From contig CAWGTF010000012.1 in the NCBI GenBank assembly GCA_963825425.1, positions 77,186-141,185 of the forward strand: DNA of 64,000 nt. The letters are read 5' to 3'. The stretch comes from an uncultured Actinomycetes bacterium. Its GTDB lineage: Bacteria > Actinomycetota > Actinomycetes > Acidothermales > Acidothermaceae. The notes beneath the pieces were generated by a model. That model was given only the letters and a program-made list of their open reading frames with translations, searched no databases and was not told where the DNA came from. The position numbers and the translations under genes are program-made. Within the stretch, counting starts at the first letter, position 1. Each line of letters opens with the position of its first letter. Below are positions 20,512 to 30,752 of the stretch, one piece after another.

Positions 20512-21847
20512 ATGAGCGAGCAGGCGCTCGAACTCGAACGGGTGGAGAACGAGTTGCTGGCCCGCTGGCCCGAGTCGCGCATCGAGTGGAAGCCCGGACG
20601 CATGACGGCGCTGATGGATCTGATGGGGGATCCGCACCTGGCGTATCCCTGCGTGCACATCGCCGGCACGAACGGTAAGACGTCGACGTCGCGGATGATC
20701 GATGCTTTGCTGCGCGCGCTTGACCTGCGAACCGGCCGGTTCACCAGCCCGCACCTCGAGTCGATCACCGAACGCATCGCGCTCGACGGCGAACCGATCA
20801 GCGCCGCGCGCTTCGTCGAGACCTATGACGAGACCGCTGGGTTCCTCGACCTCGCCGACAGCAAGAGTGACATCCGGTTGTCGTTCTTCGAGGCCGTTAC
20901 CGCGATGGCATTCGCGGCGTTCGCGGACGCTCCCGTCGATGTCGCCGTCGTCGAGGTCGGCTTGGGTGGCCGGCTCGATGCAACGAACATCGTGCGCGCA
21001 CCGGTGGCAGTCATCACACCGGTCGACCTCGACCACATGGCGTATCTCGGCGACACGATCGCTGCCATCGCTGCAGAGAAGGCCGGCATCATCAGGCCGG
21101 ACCAGCAGGTGATCGTCGCTGCGCAACACCCCGACGCCATCGACGTCATCGTGTCGAGCGCCGAAGCTGTCGGAGCCGAAGTGCTGCGCGAGGGATTCCA
21201 GTTCGGTGTCATCAGGCGCGAGGTTGCGGTCGGCGGGCAGGTGCTTGCGCTGCGGGGATTGCACGGCGTCTACGACGAGGTGTTCCTGCCGCTCTACGGT
21301 GGCTACCAGGCGTCGAACGCATCGTGTGCGCTCGCTGCCGTCGAGGCATTTGCGGGAGTCGTCGAACCGCTCGACGCCGACCTCGTGCGGGCCGCGTTCT
21401 CGACCGTGCAGTCCCCAGGTCGCCTCGAGGTGGTCCGCACGTCGCCCACGATTCTGGTCGATGCAACGCACAATCCGGCTGGTGCGCGCGCGACAGTCGC
21501 GGCAATCGCGGAGTCGTTTGCCTTCCGCCGCCTGGTCGGCGTGGTTGCCGTGCTCGGCGACAAGGACGCGTACGGGATGCTCCAGGTGCTCGACTCATTC
21601 CTGTGCGCACGTGGTCGTGACGCAGAACAGTTCAAGTCGTTCGATGCCGGCCGACGAGTTGGCGGCGATCGCAGTCGACATCTTCGGCGCCGACCGGGTT
21701 GACGTCGCGACGCAGCTTGACGAGGCGATCAGCATCGCGGTCGAACGTGCCGACGAGGACGACGACGAGTTCGGCGGTGGGGGAGTGCTGATCACCGGCT
21801 CGGTGGTGACCGCAGGTGAAGCCCGCCGGCTGCTGAAGCGTCGATGA
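20512..21847 (+). pseudogene. folC: Bifunctional folylpolyglutamate synthase/dihydrofolate synthase, frameshifted near 21600
   Basis: MSEQALELERVENELLARWPE..., HIAGTNGKTSTSRMI (P-loop), and Mur-ligase middle and C-terminal domains. The C-terminus continues in ORF 21206..21847 (AHVVVTQNSSSRSMPADELAAIA...). Confidence 0.9.
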
Positions 21848-22326
21848 GCGGGCCCGCGAGCGGCCCGCGAGGCGGCCCGCCGCTCCCGCCGTCGGAGTAT
21901 GACGGGGACGACGTGGCGCGGATGTATCGCGACGCGGTCAAGGGCAAGCGACGGCTCACGTCGAGCGTGCTCTCGATGGAAGTCGTCGTGTTCTGGCTGG
22001 CCATCATCGTGGCGATAGTTCAGGAGAATGTTTCGGTCGCCGCTGCACTGGCGGTGGGTGGTGCGCTGGCGGTCGGCAGCATCGTGATCGCCGCGATGAT
22101 CAGGCGGCCCTGGGCCTACCGTGCGGGCGGCGCGCTGCAGGTGCTGGCGATCGCCTGCGGCTTCGTCGTCCCCGCGATGTTCGTCGTCGGCGCCCTCTTC
22201 GCCGTCCTTTGGATCGTCGCCGTTCGCTTGGGCGATGCCGCCTTACGGCGCGCGAGGCAGTTCGAGGCGTACGTCGGTAGGCCGCCCACGCCGCTGCCGA
22301 CGTCCGGCAAATCTAAGGTGCCCTGA
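21844..22326 (+). CDS. DUF4233-like small membrane protein
   Basis: ATGA overlap with folC. Three hydrophobic helices. Its position between folC and ndk is conserved in actinobacteria, as I recall. Confidence 0.7.
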   Translation: MSGPASGPRGGPPLPPSEYDGDDVARMYRDAVKGKRRLTSSVLSMEVVVFWLAIIVAIVQENVSVAAALAVGGALAVGSIVIAAMIRRPWAYRAGGALQVLAIACGFVVPAMFVVGALFAVLWIVAVRLGDAALRRARQFEAYVGRPPTPLPTSGKSKVP

Positions 22327-22396
22327 CAAGAATCTAAGGTGGCGCTCACCGGTAAACCGCTGGGGTCGAACTGGCCGCGCGGGGTAGCGTCAGAGG

Positions 22397-23335
22397 ATGA
22401 CCGATTCGCAACCGCAGGCGCTGATCCATGCCCGCGGACTGGTCAAGAAGTTCGGCGACTTCGTCGCCGTCGACGGCATTGACTTCGACGTCGAGCAGGG
22501 TGAGGCCTTCGGGTTCCTTGGGCCGAACGGGGCTGGCAAGTCATCGACGATGCGGATGATCGGCTGCGTGTCGCCGCCGACTGCCGGCACGTTGACGATT
22601 CTGGGCCGCGACCCGCATCGCGACGGCCCCGCGATCCGGGGTCGGCTCGGCGTCGTTCCGCAACAAGACACTCTCGACCTCGAACTGACGGTCCACGAGA
22701 ACCTGCTGATCTACGGCCGCTACTTCGGCCTTTCGCGCGCAGAAGCAAGCAAGCGTGCCATGGAGCTGCTCGACTTCGTGCAGTTGCTCGACCGTGCTCA
22801 AGACAAGGTGGAGCCGTTGTCGGGTGGCATGAAGCGGCGGCTCACGATTGCGCGTTCGCTGATCAACCGGCCTGACGTGCTCTTGCTCGACGAGCCCACC
22901 ACCGGTCTCGATCCGCAGGCTCGCCACGTCGTGTGGGACAGGTTGTTCCGCCTGAAACAGCAAGGCGTCACCCTGGTGCTGACCACGCACTACATGGACG
23001 AAGCCGAGCAACTGTGCGATCGGCTCGTCGTCATGGACAAGGGGAAGATCGCCGCTGAGGGATCGCCGCGGCAGCTGATCAATGAGTACTCCACCCGTGA
23101 CGTCGTCGAGGTGCGCTTCGCCGTCGGTGAGAACGAGATCGGGGCCGACAAGCTTCTGGGCCTCGCGCCGCGCATCGAGGTGCTGCCCGATCGGGTGCTG
23201 CTCTATACCGACGATGGCGACGAATGCGTCGACGCCGTTCACGACCGCGGCGTGATGTCGGTGTCGACACTCGTACGTCGCAGCACACTCGAAGACGTCT
23301 TCCTGCGTCTCACCGGCCGGACGTTGGTCGACTGA
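22397..23335 (+). CDS. ABC transporter ATP-binding protein (DrrA/NodI-like, ABC-2 exporter type)
   Basis: Walker A GPNGAGKSS, signature LSGGMKRRL and Walker B LLLDEPTTGLD. Confidence 0.9.
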   Translation: MTDSQPQALIHARGLVKKFGDFVAVDGIDFDVEQGEAFGFLGPNGAGKSSTMRMIGCVSPPTAGTLTILGRDPHRDGPAIRGRLGVVPQQDTLDLELTVHENLLIYGRYFGLSRAEASKRAMELLDFVQLLDRAQDKVEPLSGGMKRRLTIARSLINRPDVLLLDEPTTGLDPQARHVVWDRLFRLKQQGVTLVLTTHYMDEAEQLCDRLVVMDKGKIAAEGSPRQLINEYSTRDVVEVRFAVGENEIGADKLLGLAPRIEVLPDRVLLYTDDGDECVDAVHDRGVMSVSTLVRRSTLEDVFLRLTGRTLVD

Positions 23336-23336
23336 G

Positions 23337-24119
23337 ATGACGTCGACCTCACTTTCGGCTCTCCCGGCCGTGCGTTCCTATCGCTACTGGGTGGCGACGT
23401 ACCGGCGCACCTGGCGCGGCAGCATCAGTACGACTGTCGTGAGTCCGGTGCTGTATCTGGCAGCCATGGGTGTCGGCTTGGGATCACTCGTGCATCGCAG
23501 CTCGGCGATTGGCGGCGTCACCTATTTGCAGTTCATCGGCCCAGGGCTGCTAGCCGCGACCGCGATGCAAGTGGGCGCCGCCGAATCGACCTATGCGGTG
23601 CTCGCATCGTTCAAGTGGGTGCGGGTCTACCACGCGATGGCCGCGACTCCGTTGCTGCCGATCGACATCTTGGTTGGTCACCTGCTGTGGATCGCGACGC
23701 GGATCACCATGGCGTCGGGGGTCTACCTCGCGGTGGTTGCCGCGTTCGGCGGTATCAAGTCGCCGCTCGCTCTCGCGGCGTTGCCGGCCTGCCTGCTCAT
23801 CGGCATGGCGTTCGCAGGCCCCATCGTCGCGTTCTCCAGCACCCGCGACACAGACAGCGGCTTTGCTGCGCTGAACAGGTTCGGGATCGTGCCGATGTTC
23901 TTGTTTTCAGGAACGTTCTTCCCGATCTCGCAGTTGCCCGAGGTGCTGCGCTGGATCGCGTATGCGACACCGCTGTGGCACGGGGTCGAGCTCGTGCGCT
24001 CGCTCAGCCTCGGCCATGTCAGTGCCGCAGATCTCCTGCATGTTGCCTATCTCGCGGCGTGGGCAGCGGTCGGCATCGTTCTCGCAGCTCGGGCATATCG
24101 ACGCAAGCTCGGAGTCTGA
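23337..24119 (+). CDS. ABC-2 type transporter permease (DrrB-like)
   Basis: 260 aa with six hydrophobic segments. It starts 1 nt after the ATPase stop. Confidence 0.8.
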   Translation: MTSTSLSALPAVRSYRYWVATYRRTWRGSISTTVVSPVLYLAAMGVGLGSLVHRSSAIGGVTYLQFIGPGLLAATAMQVGAAESTYAVLASFKWVRVYHAMAATPLLPIDILVGHLLWIATRITMASGVYLAVVAAFGGIKSPLALAALPACLLIGMAFAGPIVAFSSTRDTDSGFAALNRFGIVPMFLFSGTFFPISQLPEVLRWIAYATPLWHGVELVRSLSLGHVSAADLLHVAYLAAWAAVGIVLAARAYRRKLGV

Positions 24120-24120
24120 G

Positions 24121-24933
24121 ATGGCGACTCTGGTGGCTCGCGTTGTGCCGATGACAGCACTGCAGGGCTTGGGTGGTCGACACGGGCGGGTGCTGGTCGA
24201 ACGCAGCCTCATGGTCTATCGGCACACCTGGATCATCATCGTGTCCGGTTTCTTCGAGCCGGTGTTCTACCTGTTCTCGATCGGGGTCGGTCTTGGCCAT
24301 CTGGTGCCGGCTCTGACGGTGCACGGCCAGCAGGTGGGCTACACGGCCTTCGTCGCGCCGGCGCTGCTCGCGTCGTCCGGCATGAATGGTGCGATCTATG
24401 ATTCGACGTTCAACATCTTCTGGAAGCTCAAGTACGTCAAGATCTACGACGCGGTGCTGTCGACCCCGCTCGGGCCGCTCGACGTCGCGTCAGGCGAGAT
24501 CACCTGGGCGCTCGGCCGCGGGTGCATCTACTCGGCTGCGTTCCTCGTCGTCATGGCGTTCATGGGGTTGTTCCATTCGTGGTGGGCCTTGCTGTGCCTA
24601 CCGTTCTCGGTACTCGAGGCGCTCGCCTTCGCGGCCTGTGGCATGGCAGCGACGACATTCATGCGCAGCTGGCAGGACTTCGAATGGGTGACCCTGGCGA
24701 TGCTGCCGATGTTCTTGTTCTCAGCGACTTTCTATCCGCTGACGACATACCCCCACGTGGTGGCTGACATCGTCCGATGGACCCCGCTCTACCAAGCCAT
24801 TGACGTCCAACGCGCGTTGACGCTTGGGCATGTAGGGCCGGGGCTTCTCCCGAACCTCGCCTATTTGCTGGCGATGGCGCTGGTCGGGGTCGCGGTCGCG
24901 ACCCGACGCCTTGGCATCCTGCTGCTGCGGTAA
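24121..24933 (+). CDS. ABC-2 type transporter permease (DrrC-like)
   Basis: ATG 24121 comes directly after TGA 24117-24119, within ORF 23962..24933. Polytopic and paralogous in layout to the preceding permease. Confidence 0.8.
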   Translation: MATLVARVVPMTALQGLGGRHGRVLVERSLMVYRHTWIIIVSGFFEPVFYLFSIGVGLGHLVPALTVHGQQVGYTAFVAPALLASSGMNGAIYDSTFNIFWKLKYVKIYDAVLSTPLGPLDVASGEITWALGRGCIYSAAFLVVMAFMGLFHSWWALLCLPFSVLEALAFAACGMAATTFMRSWQDFEWVTLAMLPMFLFSATFYPLTTYPHVVADIVRWTPLYQAIDVQRALTLGHVGPGLLPNLAYLLAMALVGVAVATRRLGILLLR

Positions 24934-24980
24934 CGCCCGGCGCGAGCCGCCGGAAGACGCCTCGGTAGGCTCTGCGCGCC

Positions 24981-25403
24981 GTGACAGACACCCTCGAGCG
25001 CACGCTCGTCCTCGTGAAGCCCGACGCCGTCCGGCGCGGGCTGGTCGGTGAGGTGCTCGACCGCCTCGAACGCAAAGGCCTGCGGTTGGTTGCCCTCGAG
25101 TTGCGCACCCTCGACCGCGAGACGGCGGAGGAGCACTACGCCGAGCACTTCGGCAAGCCGTTCTTCGAGGCGCTGATCGGCTTCATCACCTCGGGACCGC
25201 TGGTTGCGGCCGCGGTCGAAGGTCCGCGGGCGATCGAGACTTGGCGGGCGATGATGGGGCCGACCGATCCGGTGAAAGCACCATCAGGGACGATCAGGGG
25301 AGATTTCGGACTCATCGTGACCGAGAATCTGGTGCACGGTTCGGACTCGCCAGCGTCGGCAGCCCGCGAGGTCGCGCTCTTCTTCCCTGATCTGGGCGCC
25401 TAA
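24981..25403 (+). CDS. ndk: Nucleoside-diphosphate kinase
   Basis: [12 protein letters not shown]...NLVHGSDS (catalytic His in VHGSD). Confidence 0.95.
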   Translation: MTDTLERTLVLVKPDAVRRGLVGEVLDRLERKGLRLVALELRTLDRETAEEHYAEHFGKPFFEALIGFITSGPLVAAAVEGPRAIETWRAMMGPTDPVKAPSGTIRGDFGLIVTENLVHGSDSPASAAREVALFFPDLGA

Positions 25404-25636
25404 CCCCAGCCCCCCGCCGTCCCGCCGGGCATTTCTCGCCGAGTGAAGGAATTACGTCGTGTTCGGCCGCAGAATTGCGCCGAATTCCCTTCACTCGCCG
25501 CGAACCGGACCTAACCTGCGCCAAACCTGAGGGTGCGCTGGCCGGTTTTGGCCGAGGTGGTGGGTCACCGCGTAGCATGCGAGGCTGTTCAGCAGTCGAG
25601 TTGTCGCGTCAGTCGATCGGAAGGTTTGCAGCACCC

Positions 25637-26674
25637 ATGGCCTCCAACATGTCGTTCCTCGGCCGTGACATGGCCGTCGACCTCGGCACCGCAAACACGC
25701 TGGTCTACGTCCGCGGTCGTGGCATCGTCTTGAACGAGCCCTCCGTGGTCGCCATTAACACCGATACCGGCGGCATTTTGGCGGTCGGCATCGAGGCCAA
25801 GCGGATGATCGGCCGGACGCCGGGCAACATCGTCGCGATCCGCCCGCTGAAGGACGGCGTCATCGCCGACTTCGACACGACCGAGCGCATGTTGCGCTAC
25901 TTCATCCAGAAGGTGCACCGCCGCCGTTACCTCGCGCGCGGTCCGCGCGTCGTCGTGTGCGTGCCGAGCGGTATCACCGGCGTCGAGCGACGAGCAGTGA
26001 AGGACGCCGGGTACGCGGCAGGCGCGCGACGCGTCTACATCATCGAAGAGCCGATGGCCGCGGCGATCGGCGCCGGCCTGCCGGTTCACGAGCCCACCGG
26101 CAACATGGTCGTCGACATCGGCGGTGGCACCACCGAGGTCGCGGTCATCTCGCTTGGTGGCATCGTCACCAGCCAGTCGATTCGCATCGGCGGCGACGAG
26201 CTCGATAGCTCGATCATCAACTACGTGAAGAAGGAATACTCGTTGATGCTCGGCGAGCGAACCGCCGAGGAAATCAAGATGGCGATCGGCTCGGCGTTCC
26301 CTGCACCTGACGAGCCGCACGCGGAGATTCGCGGTCGTGACCTCGTGAGCGGGTTGCCGAAGACGATCGTGGTCAGCGCCGCCGAAATACGTAAGGCGAT
26401 CGACGAACCCGTAAACGCCATTGTCGACGCAGTGAAGACGACGCTCGACAAATGCCCGCCGGAGTTGGCCGGTGACATCATGGACCGCGGCATCGTGCTC
26501 ACCGGCGGTGGCGCATTGCTGAAGGGTCTCGACGAGCGGTTGCGGCACGAGACCGGAATGCCGATCCACATCACCGAGCGGCCGCTCGATGCGGTGGCGA
26601 TGGGGTCGGGCAAGTGCATCGAGGAGTTCGAGGCTCTGCAGCAGGTTCTCATCTCCGAGCCGCACGGTCGCTGA
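25637..26674 (+). CDS. mreB: Rod shape-determining protein MreB
   Basis: [29 protein letters not shown]..., an actin-like ATPase. ATG 25637 lies within ORF 25475..26674. Confidence 0.95.
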   Translation: MASNMSFLGRDMAVDLGTANTLVYVRGRGIVLNEPSVVAINTDTGGILAVGIEAKRMIGRTPGNIVAIRPLKDGVIADFDTTERMLRYFIQKVHRRRYLARGPRVVVCVPSGITGVERRAVKDAGYAAGARRVYIIEEPMAAAIGAGLPVHEPTGNMVVDIGGGTTEVAVISLGGIVTSQSIRIGGDELDSSIINYVKKEYSLMLGERTAEEIKMAIGSAFPAPDEPHAEIRGRDLVSGLPKTIVVSAAEIRKAIDEPVNAIVDAVKTTLDKCPPELAGDIMDRGIVLTGGGALLKGLDERLRHETGMPIHITERPLDAVAMGSGKCIEEFEALQQVLISEPHGR

Positions 26675-26738
26675 CCGCCGACCCGGTTCTGGTGTCGCGC
26701 AACACGTCTGAGGTCTTGATGAATCGCCGCGTGCGCTT

Positions 26739-27845
26739 GTGAGGGATAGTCGGCGCACCCGCGTCGTCCTCGCGTTGTTGCTGCTGACGGCGTTCACCTT
26801 GATCACCCTCGACTACCGATCGCGCGGCGGCGGGTTCTTCGGTTCCCTGCGCCGCACTGCGTCCTCGGTGTTCGGGCCGGTCGAGCGGGTTGCCGCCGAT
26901 GTCGTGCGGCCGGTCCGGCACGCCGTCCAGGCCGTCGGCTCGATCGGTAGCAATCACAAGAAGGTCACCGAACTGCAGAAGGAAGTTGCGACCCTGCAAC
27001 AACAGCTGCGCCTGCAGCCGTTCAACACGACACGCGAAAACGAGCTCGAGCAACTGCTGCACGTGTCGGCTGTGGGTCAGTACAAGTTGCTCTACGCGCA
27101 GGTTATCGCGGTCAGCGCAACGGACGGATTCGAGTGGACGGCGACAATCGACGCAGGGTCGCATGACGGTCTCAAGGAGAACATGACCGTTGTCAGCGGA
27201 CAGGGTCTTGTCGGTCGGTTGAAGATCGTCGGTTCGACGACGTCGACGGTGTTGCTCGCGATCGACCCGGAGTTCAACGTCGGTGTCCGCCTGCCGAACA
27301 ACGCAATGGGTGTCGTGTCGGGCCACGGTCGCTCGGCGATGAGCCTGGAGTTGCTCGACCCGACCGCCCGCGTGAAGGTGGGCGATGGCTTGGTCACACA
27401 GGGATCCCTCGACCAGACCCCGTTTGTGTGGGGCGTGCCGGTCGGCAGCGTGATCTCGGCCACCAACCCGCTCGCAGGCGATGTGCAGACCGGCGAGGTC
27501 AAGCCGTTCGTCGACTTCAGCACGCTCGATCTGGTCGGCGTCGTTGTCGAGCCGCCACGTGTCGACCCGCGCGGCGCGCTTCTCGAGCCGCCACTGCCCA
27601 CTGTCACGGTCACCACCACCGCGACAGCGACGGCCACTGTCACTGCCACCCCGCTGGCGTCGTTCACGCCCACATTCTCGTTCAGCGCGACGCCGACCAA
27701 GTCGCCAAGTGCGACGCCGACGTCAAAGGTGAGCCCGAAGCCGACCGTGACGCCCAGCGTCACGCCGACGCCGACGTCGAAGCCCACCCCGACATCGTCC
27801 GGTTCGGCTAGCGCCACCACCAGCGCATCGGCGTCCCATGGCTGA
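26739..27845 (+). CDS. mreC: Rod shape-determining protein MreC with a Thr/Pro/Ser-rich C-terminal tail
   Basis: N-terminal TM segment, coiled-coil (KKVTELQKEVATLQQQL) and beta-barrel region (GLVGRLKIVG..). It sits directly after mreB. Confidence 0.85.
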   Translation: MRDSRRTRVVLALLLLTAFTLITLDYRSRGGGFFGSLRRTASSVFGPVERVAADVVRPVRHAVQAVGSIGSNHKKVTELQKEVATLQQQLRLQPFNTTRENELEQLLHVSAVGQYKLLYAQVIAVSATDGFEWTATIDAGSHDGLKENMTVVSGQGLVGRLKIVGSTTSTVLLAIDPEFNVGVRLPNNAMGVVSGHGRSAMSLELLDPTARVKVGDGLVTQGSLDQTPFVWGVPVGSVISATNPLAGDVQTGEVKPFVDFSTLDLVGVVVEPPRVDPRGALLEPPLPTVTVTTTATATATVTATPLASFTPTFSFSATPTKSPSATPTSKVSPKPTVTPSVTPTPTSKPTPTSSGSASATTSASASHG

Positions 27846-28353
27846 GGTTCCGCGGGCGGCGCTGATCGTGGTTCTCGTTCTGATCGCTTGCGTTGTTGAC
27901 GCAGTGCTCTTCGACCCGCTCAATCTGCCTGGTTCGCCGCCGAACCTGCTGGTGCTCGTCGTCGCGGCGATCGCGTTGGTGCTCGGGCCGGTCGGTGGAG
28001 CGGTCACCGGTTTCCTCGCCGGCCTGGCCGTGGACATCTTGCCGCCGGCTGACCATCTGATCGGTCGCTACGCGCTGGTCTTTTGCCTGGCGGGCTACCT
28101 CGTCGGTCTCGTCCACGACGAGGCGCGAGATTCGGTGCTGCTCTCGCTCGTCGCGGTCGGTGCCGCGGCGGCGGTCGCCACCCTGCTCTACGGGGCGCTC
28201 GGCGGATTGTTGAGCGACGGTCGAGTCGACGCGCACACGATCCTGCGCAGCTTGCCGTTCTCGATCTTCTACGACGTCCTGCTCGCGCCATTCGTCGTAC
28301 CGTGGGTGATGTCATTGACCAGGCGGGCGGAACCGCAGGTGACCCGGAAATGA
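27838..28353 (+). CDS. mreD: Rod shape-determining protein MreD
   Basis: 171-aa polytopic protein that overlaps mreC by 8 nt, in the canonical mreBCD order. Confidence 0.8.
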   Translation: MAEVPRAALIVVLVLIACVVDAVLFDPLNLPGSPPNLLVLVVAAIALVLGPVGGAVTGFLAGLAVDILPPADHLIGRYALVFCLAGYLVGLVHDEARDSVLLSLVAVGAAAAVATLLYGALGGLLSDGRVDAHTILRSLPFSIFYDVLLAPFVVPWVMSLTRRAEPQVTRK

Positions 28354-28362
28354 GGATCGCAG

Positions 28363-30752
28363 GTGACCCGGAAGGGGATGAACGACCGCTCAGGGCTGCG
28401 GCTGATCATCCTTGGTGTCCTCGTGTTCTCGTTGCCGATTACGCTGCTCGGCCGGCTCTGGTACATGCAGGCACTTGCGGGCTCGCAGTACGTCGCGGCC
28501 GTGAACGCCAACGCGACCAGCGTGGTCCGCGTCCTTGCTCCGCGGGGCGCCATCGTCGACGACGTCGGCAATCCGTTGGCCCGCAATGACAGCGCACTCG
28601 TCGTGTCGGCGCTGAGCACGGCGTTGCCGAAGGCGAACCTCGGCACGTTGAAGCACCCGGTACCGAATCCGGCGCGGACTCAAGAGATGCAGCGGCTGTC
28701 GGCAGTGCTCGGCATTCCGGCCGCCGAACTCGACGCCAAGGCGACACTGTGCGACTACTTCGACTACGGAGCTGCCGCCCCGACAAAGAATCCCGGGCTG
28801 CTGGACAGGTTCGCCGCTGCAGCCGATCCCGCTGGTCACGATCGACAACACGACACCCGCCGGCACGCAGAAGGCCACGCAGATCGCGCTGCGGGTGCTC
28901 GAGCAGCAGGAGTTGTACCCGGGTGTAACGGCGCAGATCGAAGAGGTTCGCGCCTACCCCGCCCCTGACAATGCCTCGGCCGCACAGTTGATCGGGCACG
29001 TCGGAAAGATCAGCCAGTCCGACATCGATTCGGCCAAGAGCACGACTGAGGCCGCGACGTTGAAGACCGCCGCGAGTATCGGTGGGGCCATCGGACAGGA
29101 AGGCCTCGAGGCGCAGTACAACCAATATCTCGAAGGCACCTTGGGCACCGAGACGTTCTCGGTGACGCCGGCCGGCACTCCGGTCTCGACGTTGAGCCAG
29201 GTGCCGGCCGTTCCCGGTGACACCGTCGTGACGAGCATCGACGCGAAGGTGCAGCGGATCGCCGAACAGGCGTTGGCCGACGCGGTCACTGCTGCGCGAA
29301 CAACACCCCAGCACATCTCAGGCAAGAACCAGACCCAGAAGGCGGACGCCGCGGCCGCCGTCGTGATCGACACGCGTACCGGTCATGTGATTGCCGCCGC
29401 CAACTACCCGTCGTACGACCCCGGAGTGTGGGACGGCGGCACGATCAACGACGCGATATACAAGTCGCTTCAAGCGAATCCCGGAAAACCTCTTTTCTCA
29501 CAGGCTATTCAGGGCCAGTACGCGCCGGGGTCGACTTTCAAGGTCGTCACCACCGCAGCGGCACTCGACCACGGTGGCTACACCCCTGACGTCAGCGTAT
29601 GACTGCCCGGGGACGCTGAGCGAGGGCGGCCGGACGTTTCACAACTTCGACAACGAGGGCGCGCAGGGCATGATCACCTTTGCGCAAGCGCTGACGATCT
29701 CGTGTGACACCTTCTTCGACGGGGTTGGCGCTGCCTTGTGGAATGCCGACGGGCAACTCGCAGGCGCGAACGCAAAAGAGCTCGTCGTCAACGAAGCGAA
29801 GCAGTGGAAGCTCGGCAAGGACACCGGGATCGACCTGCCGATCGATGCGAGCGGCAACATCGAATCGCGACAGGATCTGAAGAACTACGACGCCAAGAAC
29901 CACGCGCTGTGGTGCTCTGAGGCCAAGACGGACAAGGACCCGAACCAGAAGGCGATCGACAACAGCAACTGTCTGTACCACATCCCCGCGCTGTATCAGA
30001 TCGGTGAAGCGGTGAACGTGGCGATCGGCCAGGGTACGACGACCGCGTCGCCGCTGCAGATGGCCGATATTTACGCCGCGATCGGCAACGGCGGCACCCT
30101 GTACTCGCCGCGACTCGTGAAGGCGATCGTCGGGCCTGACGGCAAGCTCGTCCAGACCGTCAACGCGCCATCGACGAAGCTGTCGGTATCGCCGCAGGTG
30201 CTGCAGTACATCCAGCAGGCGCTGGTTGGCGTCGTCACTGATCCGAATGGCACTGGCGCGAAGGCCTTCGCCGGCTTCCCGTTCGGTCAGTACACGATCG
30301 CCGGTAAGACCGGCACCGCAGAGGTGCCGCCGAAGGACGACACCGCGTGGTTCGCCTCATACGGCGGGCCGGCTGGCCAGCCCGCGCAGTACGCCGTGGT
30401 GGTCGCGATCTCGCAAGGCGGCCAAGGCGGCGTCAGTGCGGCACCCGCGGTTCGCCAGATCTACGACGGCATCTGGGGCTTGAACGGCAACCCGAACAAT
30501 CCCGACGACCAGTTCGCCGCGAAGGGCCCCGCACTTCCGGGCGGCGCGCCTCCGAGTGCACTGCCCAAGGTTGCGCAGGCGGCGGCCTCGCCGGCGTCGG
30601 CGGCACCCGCAGTTCCCGGGGCTTCCGCAGTTCCCGGGGCTTCCGCAGTTCCCGGGGCTTCCGCAGTTCCCGGAGCATTTGCGTTACCGCCGGCGCAGGC
30701 CGCCGATGTCACGGCAGCGCGGGTGCGACGGCGGGCGGTGAAGCGACGATGA
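28363..30752 (+). pseudogene. mrdA: Penicillin-binding protein 2 (elongation transpeptidase), frameshifted twice
   Basis: Fragments are ORFs 28363..28968, 28895..29602 and 29391..30752. Motifs: SxxK = GSTFK and KTG = GKTGTAE. Breaks: about 28795 (extra base in cccggg: TKNPG | CWTGSPLQPIPL) and about 29593 (GGYTPD | YDCPGTLSEGG). Confidence 0.9.
30609..30680. repeat. Coding 18-bp tandem repeat gcagttcccggggcttcc (3 perfect copies plus 1 degenerate), encoding (AVPGAS)n in the PBP2 tail
   Basis: Perfect copies are at 30609-30626, 30627-30644 and 30645-30662, with a diverged copy at 30663-30680. Confidence 0.85.

Noticed and set aside
22397-24933. The DrrABC-like transporter as part of a polyketide/lipid export or antibiotic-resistance cluster.
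   Set aside because: No biosynthetic or regulatory genes accompany it. It sits alone between the DUF4233 gene and ndk, so nothing beyond a generic ABC-2 exporter can be supported.
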